Program-made: the position numbers and the translations under genes
Assembly: GCA_028826165.1 (NCBI GenBank)
Contig: JAPDFW010000073.1
Span: forward strand, 1-64,000
Direction: 5' to 3'
DNA length: 64,000 nt
Source of the DNA: Anaeramoeba ignava BMAN
Lineage: Eukaryota > Protista > Anaeramoebae
In this document: piece after piece, positions 52,068-64,000 of the stretch
Layout: each line of letters starts with the position of its first letter
Position numbering within the stretch: the stretch's first letter is position 1
Notes under the pieces: generated by a model
What the model was told of the DNA's origin: nothing
The model's input: the letters and a program-made list of their open reading frames with translations, nothing else
The model's database searches: none

Positions 52068-54562
52068 ATGGCTGGGATTTTATTTTTGAAAATTTTTTTT
52101 CCTTATCAACAACTTTCTAAAATGATGAAATTTACTCCAATTACTCTTGTTAAAGAAGTTAAATATCAATTATGTAAAGAATTATCAGTTGAAGATCCTG
52201 AAATTTATGGTTTATTTTGTCCTTCTCAAAATGGATTTTGGCTTGATGAAGAACAAACTTTAATTAGTTATGAACTTTGGAATCAAGTAATATACATTTA
52301 AAACAATTATAACTTTAAAATTAAAAATTAAAATCAAAACTAAAATTCAATTTAAAATTCATTTATAAAATTAAAATTCAATTTATTTATAAAATTCATT
52401 TATAAAATTAAAATTCAATTTATTTATAAAATTATTTATAAAATTAAAATTAAAATTCAATTTATTTATAAAATTAAAATCAAAATTAAAATTAAAATTA
52501 TTTATAAAATTAAAATTAAAATTATTTATTAAATTAAAATTATTTATAAAATTCAAATTATTTAGAAAATTAAAATTAAAATTCAAATTCAAATTCAAAT
52601 TCAATTTATTTATAAAATCAAAACTAAAATTCAAATTAAAATTTATTAAAATTAAAATTCAATTTATTTATAAAATTAAAATTCAATTTATTTATAAAAT
52701 TCATTTATAAAATTAAAATTTATTTATAAAAATATTAGGAAGTTGTAGAATTTAAAAAAAAACAATCAAGAATATTAAATATTATTTATCAAGGTTCTGT
52801 TATTAAAGTTCCAACAGATGATGATATCCAAATATCACAACAAATTCCAAGTATTATTAAAAAAGCAGGAGTTACATCATTTGATAATTTTGAACTTTAT
52901 TGGAATAATAGTAAAAAAAATAAAATAAAATAAAATAACAAAATTTGGATTGAAAAAAATTTTTCAATTTGATTTCGTTTTGTTTAAATTTTGAAGAACG
53001 ATTGGATAAATCTAAAACTTTTCTCGAACAAGGAATTGAAGAACTTGATACTACACAAATATTTTTAAAAAAAGAAATCATTCTTGGATTTTCTAAAAAA
53101 ATTCAACCAAAACAAACTAAAAAAAAAGTAATTAAAAATTGAAAATTTCAAAATTGAAAAATTAAAAAATTAAAAATTGAAAATTTAAAAATTGAAAAAT
53201 TAAAAATTTGATTTAAAAAGAAAAAAGAAAAATTGAATCACTTCAACCAATATTTGGAAAACCTTTAATAAATTCTCTTTATAGAGGAGAAAAACCTCTT
53301 GAAATCCCATCATTAGTTACAAAAGTTATTAATTTTATTGAAAAAAATGGTAATTAATTCAAAATCAAAATTTAAAATTTTGATTATATTTATAAAATAA
53401 AATAAATAGGTTTAACAACAGAAGGAATTTATCGAAAATCTGGAGCATTAAATGTTATTAATAGATTAAAAGAATTATTTGATCAATGTAAAAAAGAAAG
53501 AAAGAAAGAAAGAAAATTTTAATCTAAAAAAAAAATATTTTTTTTTTTAAAAAAGCTGATGATATTGATTTAGAAACAATAATAACATCTCCACATGATG
53601 CAACAGGAATTCTCAAATTATATCTTCGTGAACTTCCAGAACCTCCACTTACTTGGGATTTTTATGAAAAATTTGTGGAAATTGATGGTTTAATTTAAAA
53701 ATAAAAGCAATCCAAAAAAATTAACTGAAAATTAATTTAAAAAAATTTTTTTTCATTTACAAGACATTCCCCAAATTTGGGAAAAAATGAGGAAATTAAG
53801 ATGGCTTGTTCAGTGTCTTCCAAAAGCAAATTTTGATATAGTTTTTGCAATTTGTAAGCATCTCAATTTAGTTGCTTCACATTCAACCGAAAATCAAATG
53901 GGATTAGCTAATTTGGCAATGCTAATCGGGACTAATTTATTAAGAAGTATTGATGATAGCATGGCAATGGTTATATCAGATACTAAACATCAATATTCAA
54001 TTTCATCTGCTTTAATATCTGAATATCAATATATTTTTCTTGTAAAAAAATTTTAATTTACATGAAATTTACAAAAAATTTACAAAAAATTTAAAAAAAA
54101 TTAAAGAATGTTGAAAAAAATTTTGTTCCACCTTTTGCAAAAGCACTTTTTGACTACAAAGCTCAAGAAGACACAGAAATAACATTAACAGCAGGAAGCA
54201 TAATAGAAATCGCAAATATGGATGATGAAAGTTGGTGGACAGGAAAACTACCAGATGGAACAGAAGGATTTGTTCCTTCATCATATGTTGAAATTATCCC
54301 AGGATATATTCCACCAACTTCAGAAAATAAAGACCAACAACCAAAAAAACCAAAAAAATTATCAGGAAGAGCAAATGAAGAAATGAATTCAATTATGTCT
54401 CTTCTAAATGATGAACAGCAATTACGTTTGGAATTAGAATCCAAAAATTATGATTTAGCTGTCAAGTTACAAGAATTATCTCAACAATTTGAAAATGAAA
54501 CAGAAGAAGCTTTTAAAATTGAAACTTTCCTTCATGAAAAATTTGGTGTTAATTTCAATTAA
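52068..54562 (+). CDS. RhoGAP with N-terminal talin-F0-like ubiquitin-fold domain(s), SH3 and C-terminal coiled coil
   Basis: F0-like KMMKF...YGLFCP...GFWLDEEQTLISY; RhoGAP IFGKPL, EGIYRKSG (Arg finger), LKLYLRELPEPPL, NQMGLANLA; SH3 AKALFDYKAQ..TEI...WWTG...GFVPSSYVE. Confidence 0.9.
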
Positions 54563-54747
54563 TTCTTTTTTTTTTCCTTTTAATTTTCTTTTTTCTATTT
54601 GTCGCTTTTTTTTTTTTGAAAGCAAAAATTTTAATTCAATATTTTTTTCTTTCAATTCAAACAAAATTAAAAAATTTTTTTTAAAAATTAATTTTTTCAT
54701 TTTTTTCCATTTTTTTTAATTTAAAATTAAAAAATTAAAAATTAAAA

Positions 54748-57184
54748 ATGTCTTCAAATCATAAAATTAAAAAATTTAAAAAAAATAAATTTAAAATTCA
54801 AAATCAAAATCAAAATCAAAATCAAAATCAAATTGAAAATCAAAATCAAAATAAAAATCAAATTATTCCTCAATTAAAATTTTCTTTAAATTCAAATTTA
54901 CAAACTCAAATTCAATTATTCAAATATCAAATCACTTCCAAAAATTTAAAAGAAAAAAATCCAAAAATGATTCAATTTAAACAATTTGAAAATTCAATTC
55001 CAAAACAAGAAAAAGTATATTTAGAAAAAATTAATAAATCAATTGATTTAATTTTAAAAACAAACAGAGAAACTTATTCTTTACAAGAAATATTCAAAGT
55101 AACTTTATTTCTTTATTTGTAAAAAATAAATTAATTAATTATTCCTTTCTTCTTTTAAAAACAAAAATTATTTCAAGTTGAATCAATTAATTTCTAAAAT
55201 GCAAATTTTTTCTCAAATCAAAAAAAGAATTATTCAAAAAATCACACTTTATATTCAAACAGAAATGAATGAATTGATGAAAAACAAAGAAGAACCGAAA
55301 ATTTTCATACAAAAAATAAATACTTTCCATATAGATTTTAATCAAAAATTAATAAATCTTGAAAATGCATTTGGCAAATTTTATCAAACAAAAACAAATT
55401 CAAAACAATTCATTTCAATAGAAAAATTTGGAGATTATTTTCTTTCAAAATTAATTAGTGAATCCTCAACATTTTCAAAAAGAATAATTTCAGAATTTAT
55501 TGAATTTTTCAACCAAATTAGAAACCGAGAATTTCTTGATGAAAATCTAATTGAAAACATAATAAATCTATTCAACGAATCAAGCGAACTTCAAAAAGAA
55601 TTCCAAACAAAATTTATTGAGAAGACAAGAAATTTTTATTCATCCAGAATCCAAGAAAAAAAATTACAATTAAACATGATGGAATTCACAACTTTTATTG
55701 ATGATAAAATCAATGAAGAAATGGAAAGAATGCAAAAAATCAAAAGCAATGATGAGCAGTTCATTCGATTATTTGGACAAAATTTGCAAGAAATGTTTTT
55801 TTTGGAGAACAAACCACAACTTTTGGAGCAAGGATTCCAAAAAATGCTTGAAACAAGAAATATAAAACTGATTGCAATTTTATATTTGCTTTTCAAAAGA
55901 GCAAATTTAGCGATGGAATTATATAGAGATTTGGGGAAATATATCCAAAAAGTTGGAGAAAATATAATCAATTCAATTGAAAATAAAAAAATCATAATTG
56001 CAAGGATTATTGATTTGAAAGACTATTGCGAACAAATTTTAAATCAGTGCTTTGAAAGCACACAAGAATGCAAGAACGTTATTCATCAATCATTCCAACA
56101 TTTCCTGAATTTAAAAGAGGATTTGACACCTGAATTACTTGCGATGGAATTCCACAAAATTTTGCAGATACAACGCAAAGATTTTTTTGAGATTGAATTC
56201 GAACACAAAATTGACAAGCTCATTCAAATTGCAAATTGGATCAATGCAAAGGATATATTTGAAATTGTGTATCACAAATTACTTTCGAAAAGATTGCTGG
56301 AGAAAAAATCTTCATCTTTAAGAATGGAAAAATATGTCGTGAAAAAATTCTCAAGTAATTTTGAAACCAAAATTGTGCGTCAAATTGATTTGATGCTCAA
56401 CGACTTGGAATCATCAGAAGAAAACATGAAAACGTTCAAACAAAGAATAAAAAACGATGATTTCAAGTTCAAAACAAATATCAATATTCTAACACACAGT
56501 AACTGGCCTAATTTCAAGCCAGTCAAGCTCAAAATCCCAAAAGAATTTGGAAAAATACAAGATTCATTTCTGGATTTTTACTCCCAATTGCACAGCGGAA
56601 GAAAGCTTTTTTGGCATCATGGACTTAGCCAGTGCATTTTCCGCATAAATTTTGAATCATTCCAAAAAGAATTTATTGCCCAATTTCCTTTGGCTGTAAT
56701 TTTATTGCTTTATGAAAATGCAGACTGTTTGACTTTCCAAGAAATTCAAGATCAAACAGAAATTGAGGAGGAAGAATTAACTCAATTTTTGGCAACTCTT
56801 TGTTTTGGAAACGCGCGAATTTTGATCAAAGAACCTAATTCTCACAAAATCCAAAAAAGTGACAAATTTATTTTTAATAACAATTTTCAACATGATTTGT
56901 ACCGAATAAGAATATCTTCAATTCGAATAAAGAAAAATTTGGAAGAGAATAAAGAATTGAAAGAGAAAGTTATGAAAGAAAGAAATTATGTTATTGATGC
57001 TGCTGCTGTTCGAATTATGAAAGCAGAAAAAACTCTCACTCATGAAATGTTGATATCAAAAATTCTTAATCAAATTAAATTCCAAATCCAAGTTTCCTTT
57101 ATTGAAAAAAGAATCAAAAGTTTGATTGATCGTGAATTTATGATCAAAGATGAAAAAAATCCAAATCTTTATCATTATAATTAA
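54748..57184 (+). CDS. Cullin (divergent, possibly Cul4-like)
   Basis: KDIFEIVYHKLLSKRLL, ILTHSNWP, HSGRKLFW, neddylation domain IDAAAVRIMKAEK...IEKRIKSLIDREFM; one intron at about 55099-55177; YSLQEIF resembles the Cul4 N-terminus. Confidence 0.92.
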
Positions 57185-57265
57185 TTGATTTTTATTTTTG
57201 AAATCAATCAAAAAAAAATGAATGAAAAAAGAAAAAAAGAAAAAAAAGAAAATTCTTTTCAATTA

Positions 57266-57539
57266 TCAAAACCAACTTTTTTTTTCATTTGATTTTCTAT
57301 TTGAATCTAAATTTTTTTGAAGATTTTTGTAAATTTCTTTTTCTTTTTGAAAAATTTCCTGTTCTTGTTCAAAAGCAAGTTTTTCATTCTTTTAAAATAA
57401 AATTTATAAAAATTAATTATAAATTTAATTTAATTTAATTTTAATTTACCCTTTTATTTAAGTAATAGAAAGTAATTAAAGTCCCACAAAGAACTGGAAT
57501 TATTATTTTTGGATTCATACGATTTAAAAGTGAAGACAT
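57266..57539 (-). CDS. 70-aa single-TM microprotein, unknown function
   Basis: Exons 57539-57450 and 57388-57266 with a GT-AG intron give MSSLLNRMNPKIIIPVLCGTLITFYYLNKR|NEKLAFEQEQEIFQKEKEIYKNLQKNLDSNRKSNEKKSWF*; TCATTT motifs upstream. Confidence 0.65.
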
Positions 57540-57573
57540 TTTTATAAAAAGAAAAATGAAAAAAAAAATGAAA

Positions 57574-58545
57574 AATTTAAATAAAGATTATTAAATAATT
57601 AAATTTAAAATTAATTATATTTTATATATTTTATTAATATTTTATTATTTAAATTTGTATAAAACTATTCTCAATAATTTAATAAATTTAATAAAATATT
57701 TTAACAAATTTATTTCAAAATTTAAATAAAGATTATTAAATAATTAAATTTAAAATTAATTATATTTTATATTTTTTATTAATATTTTATTATTTAAATT
57801 TGTATAAAACTATTCTTAATAATTTAATAAATTTAATTAAATATTTTAACAAATTTATTTCAAAATTTAAATAAAGATTATTAAATAATTAAATTTAAAA
57901 TTAATTATATTTTATATATTTTTATTAATATTTTATTATTTAAATTTGTATAAAACTATTCTCAATAATTTAATAAATTTAATTAAATATTTTAACAAAT
58001 TTATTTCAAAAATTTAAATAAAGATTATTAAATAATTAAATTTAAAATTAATTATATTTTATATATTTTATTAATATTTTATTATTTAAATTTGTATAAA
58101 ACTATTCTCAATAATTTAATAAATTTAATTAAATATTTTAACAAATTTATTTCAAAATTTAAATAAAGATTATTAAATAATTAAATTTAAAATTAATTAT
58201 ATTTTATATATTTTATTAATATTTTATTATTTAAATTTATAAACTATTTTTTAATAATTTAATAAATTTTTATTTCAAAATTTAAATAAAGATTATTAAA
58301 TAATTAAATTTAAAATTAATTATATTTTATATATTTTATTGATATTTTATTATTTAAAATTGTATAAAACTATTCTTAATAATTTAATAAATTTAATTAA
58401 ATATTTTAACAAATTTATTTCAAAATTTAAATAAAGATTATTAAATAATTAAATTTAAAATTAATTATATTTTATATATTTTATTAATATTTTATTATTT
58501 AAAATTTGTATAAAACTATTCTTAATAATTTAATAAATTTAATTA
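57574..58545. repeat. Intergenic satellite, about 145-146-bp unit, about 6.7 copies
   Basis: Unit start aatttaaataaagattattaaataattaaattt recurs at about 57574, 57719, 57865, 58011, 58157, 58279 (preceding copy shortened) and 58424. Confidence 0.92.
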
Positions 58546-58753
58546 TTAATTTCTATTTTCAATTTTTGTTTTAAAAGAAAAGAAAATTAAAAAGAAAATT
58601 TTTGATTGTTTTTCATTTCAAAATCAAAAAATTTTTAAAAAAGAAAAAACAATCAAAAAAAGAAAAAAAGAAAAAGAAAAAATGGAATGAAAAAAAATTT
58701 GTTCCGAAAAGAAAAAAAAACTTTTTTTTTGGATTAAAAAAATTTTTTGAAAA

Positions 58754-60398
58754 TTAAAGCATTTCTTGAGAACGAGCAACTGTTCGATAAACTTTTCTTT
58801 TAAAAATTTTAGGATTTTGTCTCCATTCAACAGCTGCATCAATATTTGCAGGAGATTGATCATTTGGTGATGATAACATTGAGATAACTGAAATTAAAAT
58901 TGATTCAACTGAATGAACAGGAAGCCATCTTTCTGATTCATCTTCATATCCCCATTCATCTTTTCCAGGTTGATGTAAAATACTAATACAAACAGTTCCA
59001 TCTTTATAAACTTTTTTAAATTTAATTTTTTAAATGAATTTTAATTTTAATTTTGATATTAATTTTAATTTTAATTTTAATTTTAATTTTAATTTTAATT
59101 TTAATTTTAATTTTAATTTTAATTTTAATTTTAATTTTAATTTTAATTTTAATTTTAATTTTAATTTTAATTTTAATTTTAATTTTAATTTTAATTTTAA
59201 TTTTAATTTTTAATTTTAATTTTAAATTTAATTTTAATTTTAAATTTTGATATTAATTTTAATTTTAATTTTGAATTTTTAATTTTAATTTAATTTTAAT
59301 TTTAAATTTAATTTTAATTTTAATTTTAATTTTAATTTTAATTTTAAATTTAATTTTAATTTTAATTTTAATTTTAATTTTAATTTTAATTTTTATTTTA
59401 ATTTTAATTTTAATTTTAATTTTAATTTTAATTTTAATTTTAATTTTAATTTTAATTTAATAAATGAATTTTAATTTTAATTTTAATTTCAAATTCGAAT
59501 TTAAATAATAAATTATTTTATTTACTATTTGGATGCCACATTTCTGAAATAAATTTCATTTTAGGTGGATAATTTGGATAATTATCTGGAAATGCTAAAG
59601 TTGCTCTAAAAATTCCACCTTCACTATTTTTTTTGTAATAAATTATTTTTTATAAATTTTAAAATTCTTTTCAATTTTCTTTCAAAAATAAATAAATAAA
59701 TAAATGAAGGAAAGTATACTATAATGTATCTGTTGGTCCTATAACTGTAATTTCCCAATTAAAAGGATCATCATCAATTAATCCTGCTGAGAAACCATCA
59801 ACTGGATTTTTACTTAATTCTATTTTGATTTTGAAATTGAATTTGAATTTGAAATTAATTTTGAAATTGAATTTGAAATTGAATTTGAAATTTGAAATTG
59901 ATTTTGAAATTGATTTTGAATTTGAAATTGATTTTGAAATTGAAATTGAATTTGAAATTGAAATTGAATTTGAAATTGAAATTGAATTTGAATTTGAAAT
60001 TGAATTTGAAATTGAAATTGAATTTGAATTTGAAATTGAATTTGATTTGAATTTTAATTTGAAATTGAATTTTAATTTGAAATTGAATTTGAAATTGAAT
60101 TTGATTTGAATTTTAATTTGAAATTGAATTTTAATTTGAAATTGAATTTGAAATTGAAATTGAATTTGAATTTGTATTTGATATTGAATTTGAAATTGAA
60201 TTTGAAATTGAATTTGAAATTGTATTTGAATTTGAATTTGAATTTGAATTTGAATTTGAATTTTAATTTAATTCTGTTTTTTGCTTTTGATTCAATTTTG
60301 AAAAGCTAAAAATAATAAGAATAAAAAGAATAAATTTTGTTTTTACCTCTAAATTGTTTTAATAAATGATTTGAAGCAAATTGTTTATCTGAAGTCAT
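58754..60398 (-). CDS. UBE2G1: Ubiquitin-conjugating enzyme E2 G/Ubc7 family (4 exons)
   Basis: [25 protein letters not shown]|[25 protein letters not shown]|.[29 protein letters not shown] (acidic loop after catalytic Cys), SPANIDAA. Confidence 0.93.
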
Positions 60399-61089
60399 TT
60401 TTGCTTTTGTTTTTGTTTAAAAAAGGAAAAGTAAAGAAAACCTTTTTAAAATAAAATAAATATAAAATAAATATAAAAAATAAATATAATATAATATAAA
60501 ATTTGATACAAAAAATTGAAAAGAACAGAATTAAAAAAATGAAAAAATGAAAAATAAAAATAAAAATTTTGAATAAAAGAATAAATTAAATTAATTAAGA
60601 AAAAGATTAATTTTCTTTTTAATTTATATTTTTAAAATAATTTATAATTAAAAATAATTTATTATCAATATTTTGAATTAATGATGTAATCAAAAAGGAG
60701 AAAAATAAAAAGAAGAAAAATTAAATAAAATTTTCCATTTTATTTTTTCTATTTTTTTCATTTATTTTTCTTTTTCTAAATAAAAATGAGTGATAAACCA
60801 AAAGTATATCTTTTGATTCATTTTTGAAAAGATAAAAATAGTAAGAAGTTCAAAGATTCAATTTTAATAGATTATTAAATAATTCAAAAAAATGATTTAA
60901 TCCACAACCAAATTATTTATCTTTTTCAATTTTTGTTTTATTTCAATTTAAAAAGAAAAGAAATTGAAAACCTTTTAAAATAAAATAAATATAAAATAAA
61001 TATAAAAATAAATATTTAAAAAATGAAATAAATTGAAATGATAAAAAAATTGAAAATGAAATAAAATTGAAAAAATGAAAAATAAAAAA

Positions 61090-62780
61090 AATGAAAAATG
61101 AAATTGAAATAAATTGAAACTGAAATTGAAATAAATGAAATAAATTAAATTAAGAAATAGATTGAATTAAATTTTAAATTGAAATTTTGAAAAATTGAAA
61201 TTTGAAATAATTGAAAAAATGAAATTAAAATGAAATTGAAAGAAATTTTGAATAAAATTGAAATTGAAATCAAAATTGAAATAAAAATGAAAAATAAAAT
61301 TGAAGAAAAATTAAATTGAAATAAATTGAATTTAATTTGAAATTTTTGAAATAAATTTAAATTGAAATAAATTGAAATAAAATGAAATTGAATAAATTGA
61401 AATTGAAATTGAAATTAAAATAAATTAAAATTGAAATTAAATTGAAATTGAAATTGAAATTGAAATTGAAATAAATTGAAATTGAAAAATAAATTGAAAT
61501 AATTCAAAAATAAATTTGAAATAAATTGAAATAAAATTGAAATTGAAATAAATTGAAATAAATTGAAATTGAAATAAATTTTAAAATAAATTTGAAATTG
61601 AAATAAATTGAAATAAATTGAAATAAATTGAAATAAATTGAAATTGAAATAAATTGAAATAAATTGAAATTGAAATAAATTGAAATAAAATTGAAATTGA
61701 AATAAATTGAAATAAAATGAAATAAAATTGAAATAAATTGAAATAAATTGAAATAAATTGAAATTGAAAGAAATTGAAATAAATTGAAATAAATTGAAAT
61801 AAATTGAAATAAATTGAAATGAAATTGAAATTGAATTGAATTAAAATAAATTGAAACGAAATTGAAATTAATTTAAATAAATTGAAATTGAAATAAAATT
61901 GAAATTGAAATAAATTGAAATAAATTGAAATAAATTGAAATAAATTGAAATTGAAATTGAAATTGAAATTGAAATTGAAATAAATTGAAATTAAATTGAA
62001 ATTGAAATAAATTGAAATAAAATTGAAATAAATTGAAATAAATTGTGAAAGAAATTGAAATAAATTGAAATAAATTGAAATAAATTGAAATTGAAATAAA
62101 TTGAAATTGAAATTGAAATAAAATGAAAATGAAATTGAAATAAAATGAAATGAAATTGAAATAAAATTGAAATTGAAATAAATTGAAATAAAATTGAAAT
62201 AAATTGAAATAAAATTGAAATAAATTGAAATGAAATTGAAATTGAAATTGAAATTGAAATTGAAATTGAAATAAATTGAAATAAAATTGAAATAAAATTG
62301 AAATAAATTGAAATAAATTGAAATTGAATTAAATTGAAATAAATTGAAATAAAATTGAAATAAATTGAAATAAATTGAAATTGAAATAAATTGAAATAAA
62401 TTGAAATAAATTGAAATAAATTGAAATAAATTGAAATAAATTGAAATAAATTGAAATTGAAATAAATTGAAATAAATTAAAATAAATTGAAATTGAAATT
62501 GAAATAAATTGAAATAAAATTGAAATAAATTGAAATAAATTGAAATTGAAATAAATTGAAATTGAAATTAAAATTGAAATAAATTAAAATAAATTGAAAT
62601 AAATTGAAATTGAAATTGAAATTGAAATAAATTGAAATTGAAATTGAAATTGAAATTGAAATTGAAATTGAAATAAATTGAATTGAAATAAATTGAAATT
62701 GAAATAAAATTGAAATTAAAATAAAATTAAAATAAAAATGAAATTGAAATTAAATTAAAATTGAAATTGAAATTGAAAAA
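61090..62780. repeat. (ttgaaa)/(ttgaaataaa) compound microsatellite
   Basis: About 1.7 kb degenerate array, probably intronic to the RA-like gene. Confidence 0.9.
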
Positions 62781-62790
62781 AAAAAAAGAA

Positions 62791-64000
62791 AGAGTTTTAA
62801 ATGATGATGAAAAACCTTTAGAACTTGGTCTAACTTTATCTTCTCAAGAACCAGATGAATGGAAATCATTCTTACATTTTAAAATTGCACGAAAAGATTT
62901 GGTTTTATATTCTCAAAAAAAAATATATGAATTCATTTAAAATTTTAATTAAAAAATTTTTTTGTTAATTAAAAAGCTTACAGTAAAAATTTTTAGAAGA
63001 AATTCAAGTGAACCTTTAGCTTTTATTATCAATGAAAACTCTAATATTCAAAAACTTATTGAATTAATAGCATCAAAATTTCCAGTTGAAGATATTAAGA
63101 AAACTTTTATTCAAGAACAATTTGGAAATGAAAGTTTGAATTTCAATTTAAAATTTGAATTTAAAATTTAATTAAAATTTTTTAAACACAAAAAAAAAAG
63201 AACCTCAAATTATTGATAATCAAAAGAAAATTATTGATATAATTAAAGGATGGGGAGATAAATGTGAAAATTATAAATTTCTTTATAAAGATTCAAATCT
63301 TCAAATTAAAGTAAAAATTAAAATTAAAATTTAAATTAAAATTTAAAATTAAAATTATTTATAAAAAAAAAAAGGGAATGGAAGATTTCTTTTATAAATA
63401 TGAAAGTCAAAAAATTGAAGATGTTTCTTTTGATGAAATTAATAGAAATATTATGGATATTGTTGTTGAAGGAAATTCTTTTTATCTTAAAAATGAAGGT
63501 AAAAAAAAATTTATAAATATTAAAAATAATAAATATTAAATAAAAAAAATAATAAAATAGGATTTGTTGATGATACAAAAGGAAATTCAGAATTTATTCA
63601 TGATAATTTATCATTATTAGATCGAATTAAAAAAGTTGATTTCTTTTTTTTTTAAAAAAATTTATAAATTAAAAAATTAAAAAATTTAAATTATAAAAGG
63701 AAATGGATGATGAAGATAGTCAATTTTCAAAATATTTGCAAAGAAGTAAACAAATGATTGATAATAAAATTGATGCCTATCTTGAAATAGCTGTTGTAAG
63801 TTTATTTTTTTTTAAATGGAAAATTGAAAAGAATTTCCTTTTTATAAATGAAAATAATTATTAAAATTAATAAAAGCCAAAAGTAGCAAAAATATTGGAA
63901 TTAAAGGATGTCATGAGATAACAACTTTAGTGAATTCATTTGAATCAATGAAAGAAAAATATCGAAAGAAAAAGTTCAAGAATATGCAAGAAATGTGAAA
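62791..64000 (+). CDS. Multi-exon partial gene with Ras-association/ubiquitin-fold-like domains
   Basis: Spliceable exons RVLNDDEKPLEL..., LTVKIFRRNSSEPLAFIINENSNIQKLIELIASKF..., IIDIIKGWG..YKFLYK and further short exons; 5' part possibly at 60786 (MSDKPK...) but disrupted. Confidence 0.5.

Noticed and set aside
54748-60398. Cullin + E2 (plus ASCC2 and FBXO11-like) as a ubiquitin-system operon
   Set aside because: Ubiquitin genes are abundant in eukaryotes; differing orientations and unrelated intervening genes give no support for functional clustering.

Overview
Gene-dense, very AT-rich eukaryotic (protist) DNA using the standard genetic code and GT-AG spliceosomal introns; many introns and UTRs are filled with private tandem micro/minisatellites. 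The style and TCATTT initiator-like motifs suggest a metamonad such as Anaeramoeba (inference only). About 23 protein genes can be reconstructed by manual splicing: villin-headpiece protein (3' end), mini Ac45/Voa1-like protein, COPI-associated membrane protein, FBXO11-like beta-helix protein, C2-MUN (Munc13-like) protein, Slo/BK-type channel, prefoldin 3, telobox Myb, ASCC2, CK2 beta, RPL35A, Ras, Maf, POT transporter, U2AF65, an alpha-2-macroglobulin-like protein, an LRR-ADP-ribosylhydrolase, coiled-coil/PH protein, RhoGAP-SH3, cullin, a 70-aa microprotein, UBE2G/Ubc7 and a partial RA-like gene. The standout is a signal-peptide-less, bacterial-type, thioester-less alpha-2-macroglobulin with about 8 tandem ubiquitin-like domains (the last ending RLIGG) in its bait region. 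It lies tail-to-tail with a putatively myristoylated LRR-ADP-ribosylhydrolase fusion, making a candidate intracellular decoy/defence system. Exon boundaries were read by eye and may be off by a few bases.
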